DNA of 62,678 bases, filler included, from Basidiobolus ranarum (taxonomy: Eukaryota): NCBI GenBank assembly GCA_040143965.1. It is 8 parts of 8 records of this genome, joined end to end, with 100 filler letters (N's around TTAATTAATTAA, not from the genome) between each part and the next. Parts side by side here need not be neighbours in the genome. Positions count along the whole stretch, not along the records: positions 7,876 to 15,637 come from JASJQH010001068.1; positions 15,738 to 23,495 come from JASJQH010001069.1; 6 more parts are not named here. One strand, written 5' to 3'. A program made the translations under genes and the position numbers. Position 1 is the first letter of the stretch; each line of letters begins with the position of its first letter. Below the pieces are notes generated by a model, which was given only the letters and a program-made list of their open reading frames with translations, was not told the origin of the DNA and made no database searches. Positions 13,016 through 23,470 of the stretch are shown here, piece after piece.

Positions 13016-14730
13016 ATGAGATGTTCGATGTGTTTTCCAGATATAAACTGGGACGAGATTTTCGGGTACTTATTTTATTCCTTGATCAGTGCAGTACCTC
13101 CTGGCTAACATAGAGTATAAGGTACAATACTGCTCGAATAGTCCAAGTTAGAGACCGCAGGCTCGGTTTACTTTACTTATTCTTTCGTCTCGTCATCGCT
13201 GCTTATATAATCTATGCTATCATTGAAAATAAGTCGTATCAGACACAACAGCCGGTGGTCCCTGGTATGTACTAGACCATATCTATGACTATGGTAACTG
13301 ACTAAATAGGCTCTATTCAGGTTCAATTCAAATGACTTTGATCGAGCCACCTGGTGGACTCCAAACACAAGATTATTGTCGCCGTCGTAATTGTCTGTTT
13401 TGGACTACCAATCAGATTGTGTATGTGGGATAGAAATTATATATGTATACTCTCTGATAAAATACTAACTTCACTTTGCTGACCTGTTAATAGAGTGCGA
13501 CAAGACCCAACTGCGGTGTTTTTAACTACCAGTGTATCGATGAAAAGATATTTGCAACCACCTGGGTGTAATAACTTACTTCCGGGTATCCCTGGATGTA
13601 AATTTGATTTACAAGTACCCATCCAAACCGAAGAATACTTCATTGCAGATATTGAGAGGTACACAGTAAGTGTTATGTGCTTTTGTACACAGGCTTGCGG
13701 TTTATCACGCTAATACTTCTTTAAAAACATAGTTGTTAATTCGACATTCTATGAAGCGATTTCCAGAAGGTCCTTTGATTCAAAGTAACTCCTTACCTGG
13801 TTCGTTGATAGGAATGAATGGGAAAGTGTACCCCAATGCAGATCAAGGTCACTTCACCAATGAAACTAGACTGGATAGTTTACCAGGGGATCTTATGTCT
13901 ATTGGAACGATACTAGGTGCATCAAACGTGTATTTGGATGGTAAGAATTCAATTATTAAATCCATGGTAGCTATGGATCTAACAGGCATGTCGCAGATCT
14001 TTCACTAGCTCCAGATGCGGATCGTAGGATAGGGGAGACATTGAGAGCCTCCGGTGTATCTATACCAGTGAGCATTAAGTATCAAAATCAACCCCTGGAT
14101 CCTGGAGATATCTCTTACCAATACTTCCCAGATTCTACCAATGCCGAAGTGTACGGCTTTGAGGAGGCACAATATGATCCAGAAAATGGAAGCTACCTTG
14201 TCTATAAAAGACATGGGTAAGTTAGTAAGAGATCTCCAAGATGATAAGCTCTAACTAATCATCGGTTCAATTATTCATTAGAATTCAGCTAGTTTTCTCT
14301 CAAACAGGTATGATAAGTTAGAATAACGTTCTCTTTAAAATCTCTAAAATTACGTTTAGGAAATCTTGGTCGTTTCTCATTACTCCTCCTACTTACCAGT
14401 CTAGTGGCTGCTCTCGTACCCTTACAAATAGCCCGTTGGTTAATCAATTTACTTATGCTCCGCACTTTTAAAGAACGTCGCATATATAAAAAAGCCAAAT
14501 ATTCTCGCACGCAAACCTTACGAACCATACGTGAGCGACGACGTCACCGTCTCACCAACCGTACCAATTCGAGTCAAATGAAGAACGAGGAGGAGCCACC
14601 GGCCGTCAATAAGCCACTACCAGACCTACCCCCAACTCAACTAGATGAAACAGATGAAGACAGGATCATAGTGCTAGAGCTTGGTAAAAGCGGATATGAG
14701 GGAGAAACATCTCAACGAAGCTTAGTCTAG
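13016..14730 (+). CDS. P2X receptor-like two-TM ligand-gated cation channel, 8 exons, 425 aa
   Basis: Exons 13016-13065, 13122-13264, 13321-13420, 13494-13665, 13733-13940, 14009-14216, 14282-14307, 14360-14730 splice in frame (1278 nt). Hallmarks: FGYNTARIVQVRDRRLGLLY (YxTxK/R plus TM1), FLTTSV, IERYTLLIRH, YKRHGIQLVFSQTGNLGRFS (pre-TM2), and IYKKAKY (YxxxK) after TM2. Confidence 0.88.
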
Positions 14731-15508
14731 ATTGGATTTGTTCAAAATATCTATTAGCAGTCCATCGAGAAGGCCTTTGCTCAGTAAAAGACTGCTCGCA
14801 CTGATCATATGAGATCATCCATAGCTTGGAATACTATATACATGTCTTCATAAACTCTCTCACTCAAAATCTAGGTCCATCTGTTTGTTGTACAGTCCCC
14901 ATGGTGTTGATCTATTCTCTTTTTGATTACTGATATATTATCCTCATCGAAAAATCAACCTTCCCTTATCCTTTAATTATGCATGAATAAACCTACATCA
15001 ATGTTGAATTCAAAAAACTAAGGTTGTTGACTTGATGCACAAGCATAACCTTCTTCGGTGCATGTGGGGAATAATGACATGACTAACATTATGAATACAA
15101 TAATTACGAATACAATAGCAAAATTTGGAATGAATTAGAAAGAGCAATTTTATACCAAGACATGGTAACATATATAAGGAATGGATGTTAATTGACTGCT
15201 TATTTCATTCATACAACATTAGGATTAAGTGTAACGGGGTACCTTTTAAATCGGAAATTACAGACGGTGCGTCACTAAAGCAACAATTCAAAAGCAATAA
15301 ATCAATCATTTCCAATCCGATAAATCAATGATTTCCAATAAACCAACCCGCTTGCGGATAAATAGAAATTTTATCATCGGGTATTTTTGTCACTCCATCG
15401 GATCTTCTTTGTGACATAATGAATATTATCCAAGTATGATGAGATGCTCTTGTCAGATACTGGAATTTAATCTTACGCACTTCTGGCCCTCGTCTGGCCC
15501 AGATCATT

Positions 15509-15568
15509 TAGCACTGATGAATGTACTAGCACTGATGAATGTACTAGCACTGATGAATGTATTAGCAC
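15509..15568. repeat. 18-bp tandem repeat (TAGCACTGATGAATGTAC) x3.3
   Basis: Directly visible; one mismatch in the third copy. Confidence 0.95.
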
Positions 15569-15737
15569 CGGAGAACATAGCTTTTGGAGCGATTCTATTC
15601 CTGGAAAGAGGATAGGAAAGGTGCTGGTTATATTCCTNNNNNNNNNNNNNNNNNNNNNNNNNNNNNNNNNNNNNNNNNNNNTTAATTAATTAANNNNNNN
15701 NNNNNNNNNNNNNNNNNNNNNNNNNNNNNNNNNNNNN

Positions 15738-16919
15738 AATCGTGGAGCGAGCTATGCTGCTGGAGGGGTATGGATTCAGATAGTTGCGGATCAAAAGTTA
15801 TGGATGTAACTAATATACTTCATCGAATTCTAGGATCCAGATGAGACTACTATACCAAATATTTTCCGTCATTATAACACTACAATCAGAGGACCCTCTG
15901 TTGGAGACCACCTAGTAGAGTTATGTTACGGTAGGCCAGTGAAACTTAATCCTAACTAGCTTCAATCGATTAAACGTGACTCGAAGGTTCACTCTGTCCT
16001 CCATTTCAATATAAGCCCGAAAAGGACAATCTCAATGCCGCTCAGACCGGTGCATTGTCCACCAATCTCGAAACAGAAGTAGATTATTTACTGAGTCGTA
16101 TTAAAAAGTACCCGGAAATCGATCTTCAGAATGATTGGAAAATACTCACTTTGCAATTGGGCAGCAACGATATGTGCCAATCATGCCTGGATGCTCTCCA
16201 ATTCACTGGTCCTGATGTATATGAGAAGAACATCCGCTCCGCTATCGATCGTGTTAGAAAGGCCGTACCTAGACTTATCGTCAGCCTTGGTAGTTATACA
16301 TGCCACGAAGATATGTTTCTTATTTCAACTCAACTCAATTCCTTCATTCTTTAGGTGGGGTCTTTGATGTTAGTCAGACTTGGACAAGAACCAAAAATGA
16401 GCCATACTGGTGAGTTTTCATTGGCCTTGACTATCAATTACAGACCATTCTAATGATAAATTCCAGTCAAAGAATCTTGGGTTTACCACACTTGAATCTT
16501 GAATGCCCATGTGCTCTGCTTGAAGGCAAAATAGGGGAAGAAACCAGGAGGAGCATGGATAAACGTGCTGCTGCCTTTAACCAGAGACTTATTAAGATCT
16601 ATCAAGATTACAAGCGTCAACAAAGTGATACTTTCGCTTTGACCCTTCATCCACTTGACGTTGATCTTTCCAGCCTTCCCATCGACCATCTCTCCAACAT
16701 CGATTGCTTTCATCCAAGGTCAATATGAATCCAGCCCTAGCCCTAATGTCCTTACCCTCTAACATTCATCAATTTCATAGCCGCAAGACCCATGCTTATA
16801 TCGCCAAAGGTCTGTGGAATAATTTCTGGATTCCGTTTGAACAACGCCGTAAGACCTGGTCCTTTGACCAAAACATAGAGTTCTATTGTCCCAATGAGAC
16901 TGATCGAATCAAAATCTAA
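15738..16919 (+). CDS. GDSL/SGNH lipase, phospholipase B1-like, 5'-partial, multi-exon
   Basis: RGASYAAGG|DPDETTIPNIFRHYN, LNAAQTGA, DWKILTLQLGSNDMC, LECPC, catalytic DCFHP; stop 16917-16919. Confidence 0.88.
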
Positions 16920-17322
16920 TATCTCTATATATTCCAGATCAGCATCACTGACCTTTTATACCAGAATAAAGCAATTCCGATAAGAATCAAATAGCTCATA
17001 TTAAAATTGAAGTATTCGCTAATATCATTTGCTTATATGAAACTGAAGGCGCTATTCTTTTGCTAAAAAGAGAATACCCAATCATTTAAAAAGCTTCTAA
17101 TTTGATAGGATTGGTCCTTAATTGCTAGTATTGTGTTGCATTGATGAAGTAGTGGCTTTATTTCCTGGGATAATTTGTACTGCGGATAGACAATAGTAAT
17201 AATAATTTCCATAAAGGCACTATCTATATATGCTCCAACTGAAGCCATTTCCTTTGCTTCTAAAGTATCCACCTTACACTAATATTCATAAAGTAGTAGT
17301 AGCGTGCCACATACTTCACTCG

Positions 17323-18099
17323 ATGTCTTTACACACAACCACACAAAGATCATTCGAGGAGCTTGTTGCGGAATCCGAATCAGTTTCCGTTGCTGGATGG
17401 GACTTCTCCTGGCTTGAAGGGCGTGCTACCGAGCAACGACCCTCTTGGGGCTACTCACGAGAAATGGGCGAGCGAATGGCAAAAGCCAAAGCAGCACTCG
17501 ATATCCAAACTGGTGGTGGGGAGGTCCTCGCAAGCGTCCCTAAGCTACCTCCTCTCACTGTCGCCACCGAGTCTTGGCCTCCAAACATTGAGAAGGCAAC
17601 TCAACTCTTGCATCCACTCGGAGTAGCAGTGATAGCTGATGAGGACGCGCCTCCGCTACCGTTTGGAAATAACGCATTCGACCTCGTGGTAAGTCGTCAC
17701 CCGGTAACTACTTGGTGGGAAGAGATTGCTCGCGTTTTGCGTCCTGGTGGTACGTACTTCTCCCAACATGTTGGACCAGCTAGTGTTTTCGAGCTAGTAG
17801 AATACTTCCTCGGACCCCAACCTGAGGCGCGTTTAAGTCGTGACCCAAAGGATGCCAAGGTGGCAGCTGAAGCAGCCGGCCTAGAAGTCATCGACCTGCG
17901 TTTAGAAAGCTTACGCACGGAATTTCACGATATCGGAGCAGTGATCTACTTCCTACGAAAGGTAATTTGGATGGTCCCAGGCTTCACCGTTGACAAATAT
18001 CGTGATAAACTCCGAGCCTTGCACGAACAAATTCAAACTGAAGGTCCCTTCGTTGCCCAAACAACTCGATTCCTCATTGAAGCCCGTAAGCCATTATAA
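17323..18099 (+). CDS. Intronless class I SAM-dependent methyltransferase of actinobacterial type
   Basis: ATG 17323. SFEELVAE..GWDFSWLEGRATEQRPSWGY, motif I LDIQTGGGE, LPFGNNAFDLVVSRH, IARVLRPGGTY. No introns; visibly GC-richer than flanks. Confidence 0.9.
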   Translation: MSLHTTTQRSFEELVAESESVSVAGWDFSWLEGRATEQRPSWGYSREMGERMAKAKAALDIQTGGGEVLASVPKLPPLTVATESWPPNIEKATQLLHPLGVAVIADEDAPPLPFGNNAFDLVVSRHPVTTWWEEIARVLRPGGTYFSQHVGPASVFELVEYFLGPQPEARLSRDPKDAKVAAEAAGLEVIDLRLESLRTEFHDIGAVIYFLRKVIWMVPGFTVDKYRDKLRALHEQIQTEGPFVAQTTRFLIEARKPL

Positions 18100-18606
18100 A
18101 TTGGGAGATACGGTGCCATTCTCATCAAGTAAACACTGGGTCAAGTAACGCTATTTAAATATACGTTTATATATGATAGAAAAGGATAAATAAGCTTGCA
18201 ATTTCCGAACTGGTTGAAGGCAATAGAACTCTATATTATATTATGTCAATAAAGATTAATACCTCTAATCTCAAGTTGTCAAGGGTGTTACTGTCTATTC
18301 CCGTAACCTAGCAGAAACTATAATTACCAAAACACTCAAGAGTAGCTCATTGTATCCAAGCTTCTTTTAATATTCTTACTAAATTATGTGAACTTGCCTG
18401 ATCATGTGTTGGTTAAAGAGAAACTTGAAGCCTACTCATGATAATGGATAGATGACTTTAATTTGATGTATTTTATTTATTATACACCAATACTATTTTT
18501 ATAACATATGGCTCAGTAATTTCCATGTGTACAAGCCAATGAAAGCTAGTCTATATCTATGCAACTCTTCCTCAATCACTCTCTCCCTTTGCTTCAATGC
18601 AGTTTT

Positions 18607-19291
18607 TGTCGAAATTAGCATTGCCTAAACACCTATATAGTCATATATATAGCTTAGTACTGTTAAAGTATTTGGGAACCTGTTGGAAGTGGTTTGGAGA
18701 ATTAGAGGAATTGGTGGTTTTCACTTATTGATTTATTGAGTATTCAGTTGAGATTTATAGTTTTGTCAAGATGTAAACAGACTAACCTGTAGAATGTGCT
18801 AAGGAAGGTTCCAGGAACATGTGTGCAAAGTTTGGGACTTCTAGCATAAGTTTGAAAAAATCTATATATCTGAGAACTTCTAAGTAAATTCCTTATGAGA
18901 ATAATGGATAATATCTTAGTGAATTATAAGATAACTAAGTACTAAGCTATATATGAATATATAGGTGTTCAGGTAATGCTAATTTCAACAAGTACTTAGT
19001 TATCTTACATTGAACTAAGACATTACCTATTATTCTCATGAGGTATTGACTCAGAATATTGACATCAACTTAGAAGTTTGAAGATATATAGATTTTTTGA
19101 ACTTGTGATAGATGCCCCAAACTTTGCACATATATTCCTGGGACCCTCTTTAACACATTTTACATGTTAGTTTGCTTACATCTTGACAAAACCGTAAATT
19201 TCAACTTTCTACTCAATAAATAAATAAGTGAAAATCACCAATTTCTCTAATTCTCCAAGCCACTTTGAACAGGCTCCCAAATACTTTAACA
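18607..19291 (-). mobile_element. Solo LTR (outer copy), interrupted by a nested sister LTR
   Basis: TG..CA ends. 5-bp TSD GTTTT at 18602-18606 and 19292-19296. Segments 18607-18660 plus 18991-19291 together make the reverse complement of the inner element. Confidence 0.85.
18661..18990 (+). mobile_element. Solo LTR (inner copy, 330 bp)
   Basis: TGTTAAAG..TTTCAACA termini. 5-bp TSD AGTAC at 18656-18660 and 18991-18995. Homologous to 44644-44992. Confidence 0.88.
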
Positions 19292-19959
19292 GTTTTTAGA
19301 GCAGTGTAAAAAAGTTCTTATAGATATTATCAAACTGCCCAGCAGCTTAAACTTAGTACTACTGGTATTGCTGAAGATTGGCAAAATAAATATGAATGAA
19401 AAATTCCTGATACTAAGATATTCATGATTGATTTGATTATCATCTATGAAAAATATGAGGATGAGTACCATAGTAATACCAGAGGATATACAAGCTGAGG
19501 CCTAGGAATACCAGAGGAATATTCAAAATTTGGATTTACCATGAGAGAATTAGTGTAATGCCATCAGAATACCATTGACAAATAGTAGGAAAATTGCATG
19601 AAATACAAATTGCAATATTCTTCTTAGGGATCTTGAAGTTGAATCTGTGGGATAATTAACCTTTATTCAACACCTTAGTTAACTTTAGTCAAGATACATA
19701 TATCAGAAACAGAAACCAATTTATATATAGCCCCTGTTCTAATTAGGAATATCTCTATATCTATATAAGAAGTATGTCTTATTACCCCAACTTATTTACT
19801 ATATCTTATCACACAAACTCCCAAGTATCTCAAATAACTGCTTTACTTCTCCACTATATAAGTCATCATATTCTCTTAAGAAGAAAGTAACTGAAAACAC
19901 TACAAGAAGTTTCCTCTAATATGCAAGGTCCACCCCCATTATGTAAAGATCCTCCAACA

Positions 19960-20200
19960 TTAAGATATCAACAAACAAGAATGTTGAATGTGTCAAGAAG
20001 GGTCTCAAGAATATGTGTACCAAGTTTGGGACTTTTAGCTCAAGTTTGAAAAACAAACAGTTGAAAGCTTCTAAGTTGTTATAAATATTCCAAGTAGATT
20101 CCAATTGAGAATTTTGGGTGATATCTTAGTCAAATATGGAATACCAAATTACCAAGCTATATATAATTATAAAGGTGTTTGGTTAATGCTAATTTCAACA
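19960..20200 (+). mobile_element. Diverged partial copy (distal ~240 bp) of the same LTR family
   Basis: Shares GAATATGTGT..AAGTTTGGGACTT..CAAGTTTGAAAAA and ends AATGCTAATTTCAACA. Confidence 0.75.
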
Positions 20201-20218
20201 GATAATACTATCTTAATG

Positions 20219-20920
20219 GTATGCACTTTTGGACACTCAGCTCTCATTCTCATTCATCTCTGATGATGCTAAAACTTTGTAGGGGTACTCTAGGTAACAT
20301 TGTAGAGTTATGGCTCTCATTCTCACCATCTCATTACTCTCATGTTCATTGCATCTTTGCATCTCCTTTACAACAAATCTATTGCTTTTCACTTTTTTGC
20401 ATTTATATTTTCTTTATTTCTTTATACACTCCATTAGCAGGCTTCTTTCTGGCCAGAAAATGTTCATAAAGTTCATGTGAAAAAGTTTCTGGTAGCTCTC
20501 CCAAGCTGATCTGTGCTCTTTACCATAATTCCTCCTTGGATTCTGGTGAGATGCCACATTTTTTCTAATATCTTTGATATATGCCCAGACATATTCATTT
20601 ATTTAAAAATCAAGAGGTCTGACTGGCCAATCTAAAGTGTCAATCCCGGCTTCTTCAAGGAAACTGCTGGTCATGAAAATTCTAGTTTCCTCAAAAGCCT
20701 TTGGGGGTATGCTACCTTCTGACATCAGAAAATTTTCTTGTCTTTATGCTCATATGTGTGCAATAGCTGAATGGGGGATATCAATGCACTCAACAGTCTC
20801 CTGCGTAGATTGTTCATGGTTGAGGAGAATAACTGTGCTGTGAACCATTGAGGTAGTTGTTTGAAGATGTTATGAAAGCAGTAGAATACACAAGATAAAG
20901 CAGATGTGAGAGGAACCATA
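20219..20920 (-). mobile_element. Degenerate Tc1/mariner transposase relic
   Basis: Minus-strand 20575-20670 translates SSFLEEAGIDTLDWPVRPLDF*INEYVWAYIK, resembling the Tc1 WPxxSPDLNPIENxW motif, with stops. ACTTTTGGACAC at ~20226 may be a TIR remnant. Boundaries approximate. Confidence 0.55.
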
Positions 20921-21865
20921 TTGATTGTTGATAAAAAGCCAATATTGTACTCTGAATAACCTTCTACTCACCATATATATAGATTTTTGTAACTCCCACT
21001 CTCAGTACTTAGTCAATCCACCTTTTCCATGCCGACAGATTTACTGACTACAAGAGCTCATCCAAGCAAGAGCATACTCATACAAATGTGATAATCCGAA
21101 GCATGATAGAATCACTATCCAATCCGAGAAGAGTACTTAAATATATCCAAAAGACGGTTTGTGGTTAAAGCGTGTAATCACAACGCAACAGATTAGAATA
21201 CAATATGTGATAGTTATTGACCATACAAGGAAAGTTCGATGGCTAAGGGTAAGGGTTACCTATTTATTATCTATTATTAGAACGGTTGGGGTGTTCACCA
21301 TTTGTTTCTCACAACAATGGGAGGTTTGCTTATATATTGTTTGATGTACTCCAAATCCGTAATGGTAAGTGCATTGCATTACACTATCGAACCAGATTAC
21401 CAGACTTAGATGGCCCAGTTACGGGAATCTCTTGACAACGGGAACGCGGAACCAGCAACGGTAATAGTCTGGTCCCGAACTTAATGTTGGCTTGGATTTT
21501 AGTTCACAAAGTATCCACATAAATTGGATGGTTAATTTATAGGATTACGAAACAAAAGCCACTTAATGGGATTTAATTTACTCCCATGTGTGAAATTCCA
21601 CAGCAATTCTATGGATATTGATCGAGACATGATATGTGTTGAGTGGCATGAAATGAAATCCAATTATCTTAAACAGTATCATTGATAATGTCCTACTTGG
21701 TAAATATTTCAAATTACATTAGTGAGGCATAAAGAATTCGGTATCTTGATTCCTCAAACTAATATTCTGTTTTGCCATCATTTTCTTTCACCATTGGTTG
21801 TGGTACAATCCTGAGTTAAAAATATGCCAAAGAACATATAGTCATTAACTTCCTTTTTTCCCGAT

Positions 21866-22099
21866 TGACCTGCACGGTGCATTAGCATGTACCTTGATCC
21901 TACAATCAAAGGTTGGTGGTTCGAATCCAACAAGGTCAGTTTATCGTTCTAAATGAGTAACAGTGATGATCATGTCTCTGTGTCGGTCGGATATCCGAGG
22001 ACGCTCTTAGCTAGCTTGGAGTGAACCCACCTCGATTCCGATCATGTATGACATAACATTCGCCCTCAAGCGCGTCTGAGTTGTTCATTTACATTTTTT
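21866..22099 (+). ncRNA. tRNA-headed Pol III-type element (candidate tRNA-derived SINE or tRNA-like leader plus structured RNA)
   Basis: Degenerate cloverleaf at 21866-21938 (TGACCT/AGGTCA, GGTGCA/TGTACC, TTGAT/ATCAA, B-box GGTTCGAATCC), a long imperfect hairpin at ~21972-22054, and a T-run at ~22094-22099. Confidence 0.55.
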
Positions 22100-22526
22100 G
22101 CCTTAACACCATATTATGTATGTAAAATTTGCAATCTCCGCTTCATTCGTAATTTTGTAAGCTAGAAATTTAGGCAGAAGTCAAAATACCGAAGATAGAA
22201 ATCTGGAGTTGATAGTGATTTTTACTAGAAAATTTAATCTATTTTCCTAATTGGTTAATCATTGTTGACATTTTCTATCTGCATGCAAAAAAATTGTCTA
22301 GCTTAAGCTTAAACTTGGTTTCGCATATGACAACAACTCTAGACATACCTAATACAATTCTGCTGTACTAGTATTATACTTGCTGTCCCAGACCGCCTCC
22401 TAATACTTTGAGTGATTCTGTAGATGCAGAATTATTCAATTCAGTTTAACTTGTTCATTTTATTACCATACTTCCCTTCAACAACTCGCTGGCACCTGCA
22501 CATATTTTATCGCTTATCCAAGCAAA

Positions 22527-23470
22527 ATGATATCCGCGAAACTGCCTTTGGAGACATCAGAATTTTTTCGAACTTTTCCCGGTTGTCACAAGTTCACAAG
22601 TTCACTGGTTCAACCTCACACTCTAATTACTCCCTCTGTGCCCACTTCCTTACTAAATTGGGCTTTAGGATACATACATCGACTATGTAACTCAAATACG
22701 ATTGCTCAGTTTTTGTCACAACTGAAATTCCGTCACAAGTTCGATATTCTGTGGCAATCAGAAAGTCATGAAACATAATGATCGAAAATCTTGGAATTAT
22801 GTTGCTTCGGGTCCCGAGTATACACTCCGAGTCCCTCATGACGCAACTCTTTTAGCATTTAAACCTCTGTGGGCCGGAATTTTTAGATTGTGCACTTGAG
22901 CAGCTTGGAGTGTGTCAGATGAAGCAATACATGAGAGTCACACTACGATTACTCATTTGTGCCAGTAGCTGTCGTTAAGACAAGGTGCGATGTGACAAAA
23001 TAAAGCAGTTAGGAATCTCTTTGGACATATTTACAGACAAAGAATTGAAAGAGATGAAATATCTTGACCAACATCCAGAAAATGAGAAAAAAAACTCACG
23101 AAAACTCTGAATTGGGATTTAGGCAAATTGTTGTATTTATATTGCATGTACTATATTAATTTCGAGTTTTCAGCAGCAAAGTTATATCAATATAATCCAG
23201 GTGGAAAAAGTATACAGTGGCTAAGCAAATACGGAGATGAGGTTACACAGCATACCATTAGCACTTCCAAGCGACTTTTACCAGAAATCGCATTATTATT
23301 TTAGAAGCCAGCTGGAAGTAGTGCAGTTTTTAATAGAAGAAGTGTATCATGTGGATGGTCAACTGATATATGAAGGATTTACAAATGTATTGAAACTGAC
23401 CTTCAAAGTTGCATGTCGCGGAAACATCGATATCGCTCACTACTTGTTACATTCATATAATTTGGAGTGT
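22527..23470 (+). pseudogene. Possible decayed ankyrin-repeat (perhaps F-box/ankyrin) gene
   Basis: Fragments MISAKLPLE.., QLEVVQFLIEE, ACRGNIDIAHYLL separated by stops or frameshifts; ends at a poly-G contig break. Confidence 0.35.

Noticed and set aside
15509-15568. Hammerhead ribozyme (CTGATGA) or CRISPR-like array
   Set aside because: No stem II or GAAA core follows, and there are no spacers; it is a simple tandem repeat.
21866-21938. Amber-suppressor, Pyl or Sec tRNA (CTA in the loop, 6-bp D-like stem)
   Set aside because: The anticodon loop is 6 or 8 nt rather than 7, acceptor and T stems are imperfect, and there is no long variable arm or TCA anticodon.
21960-22085. U3 or U14 snoRNA identity
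   Set aside because: It lacks the U3 5' box A/A' region, and U14-like similarity is limited to ACATTCGC in the wrong position.
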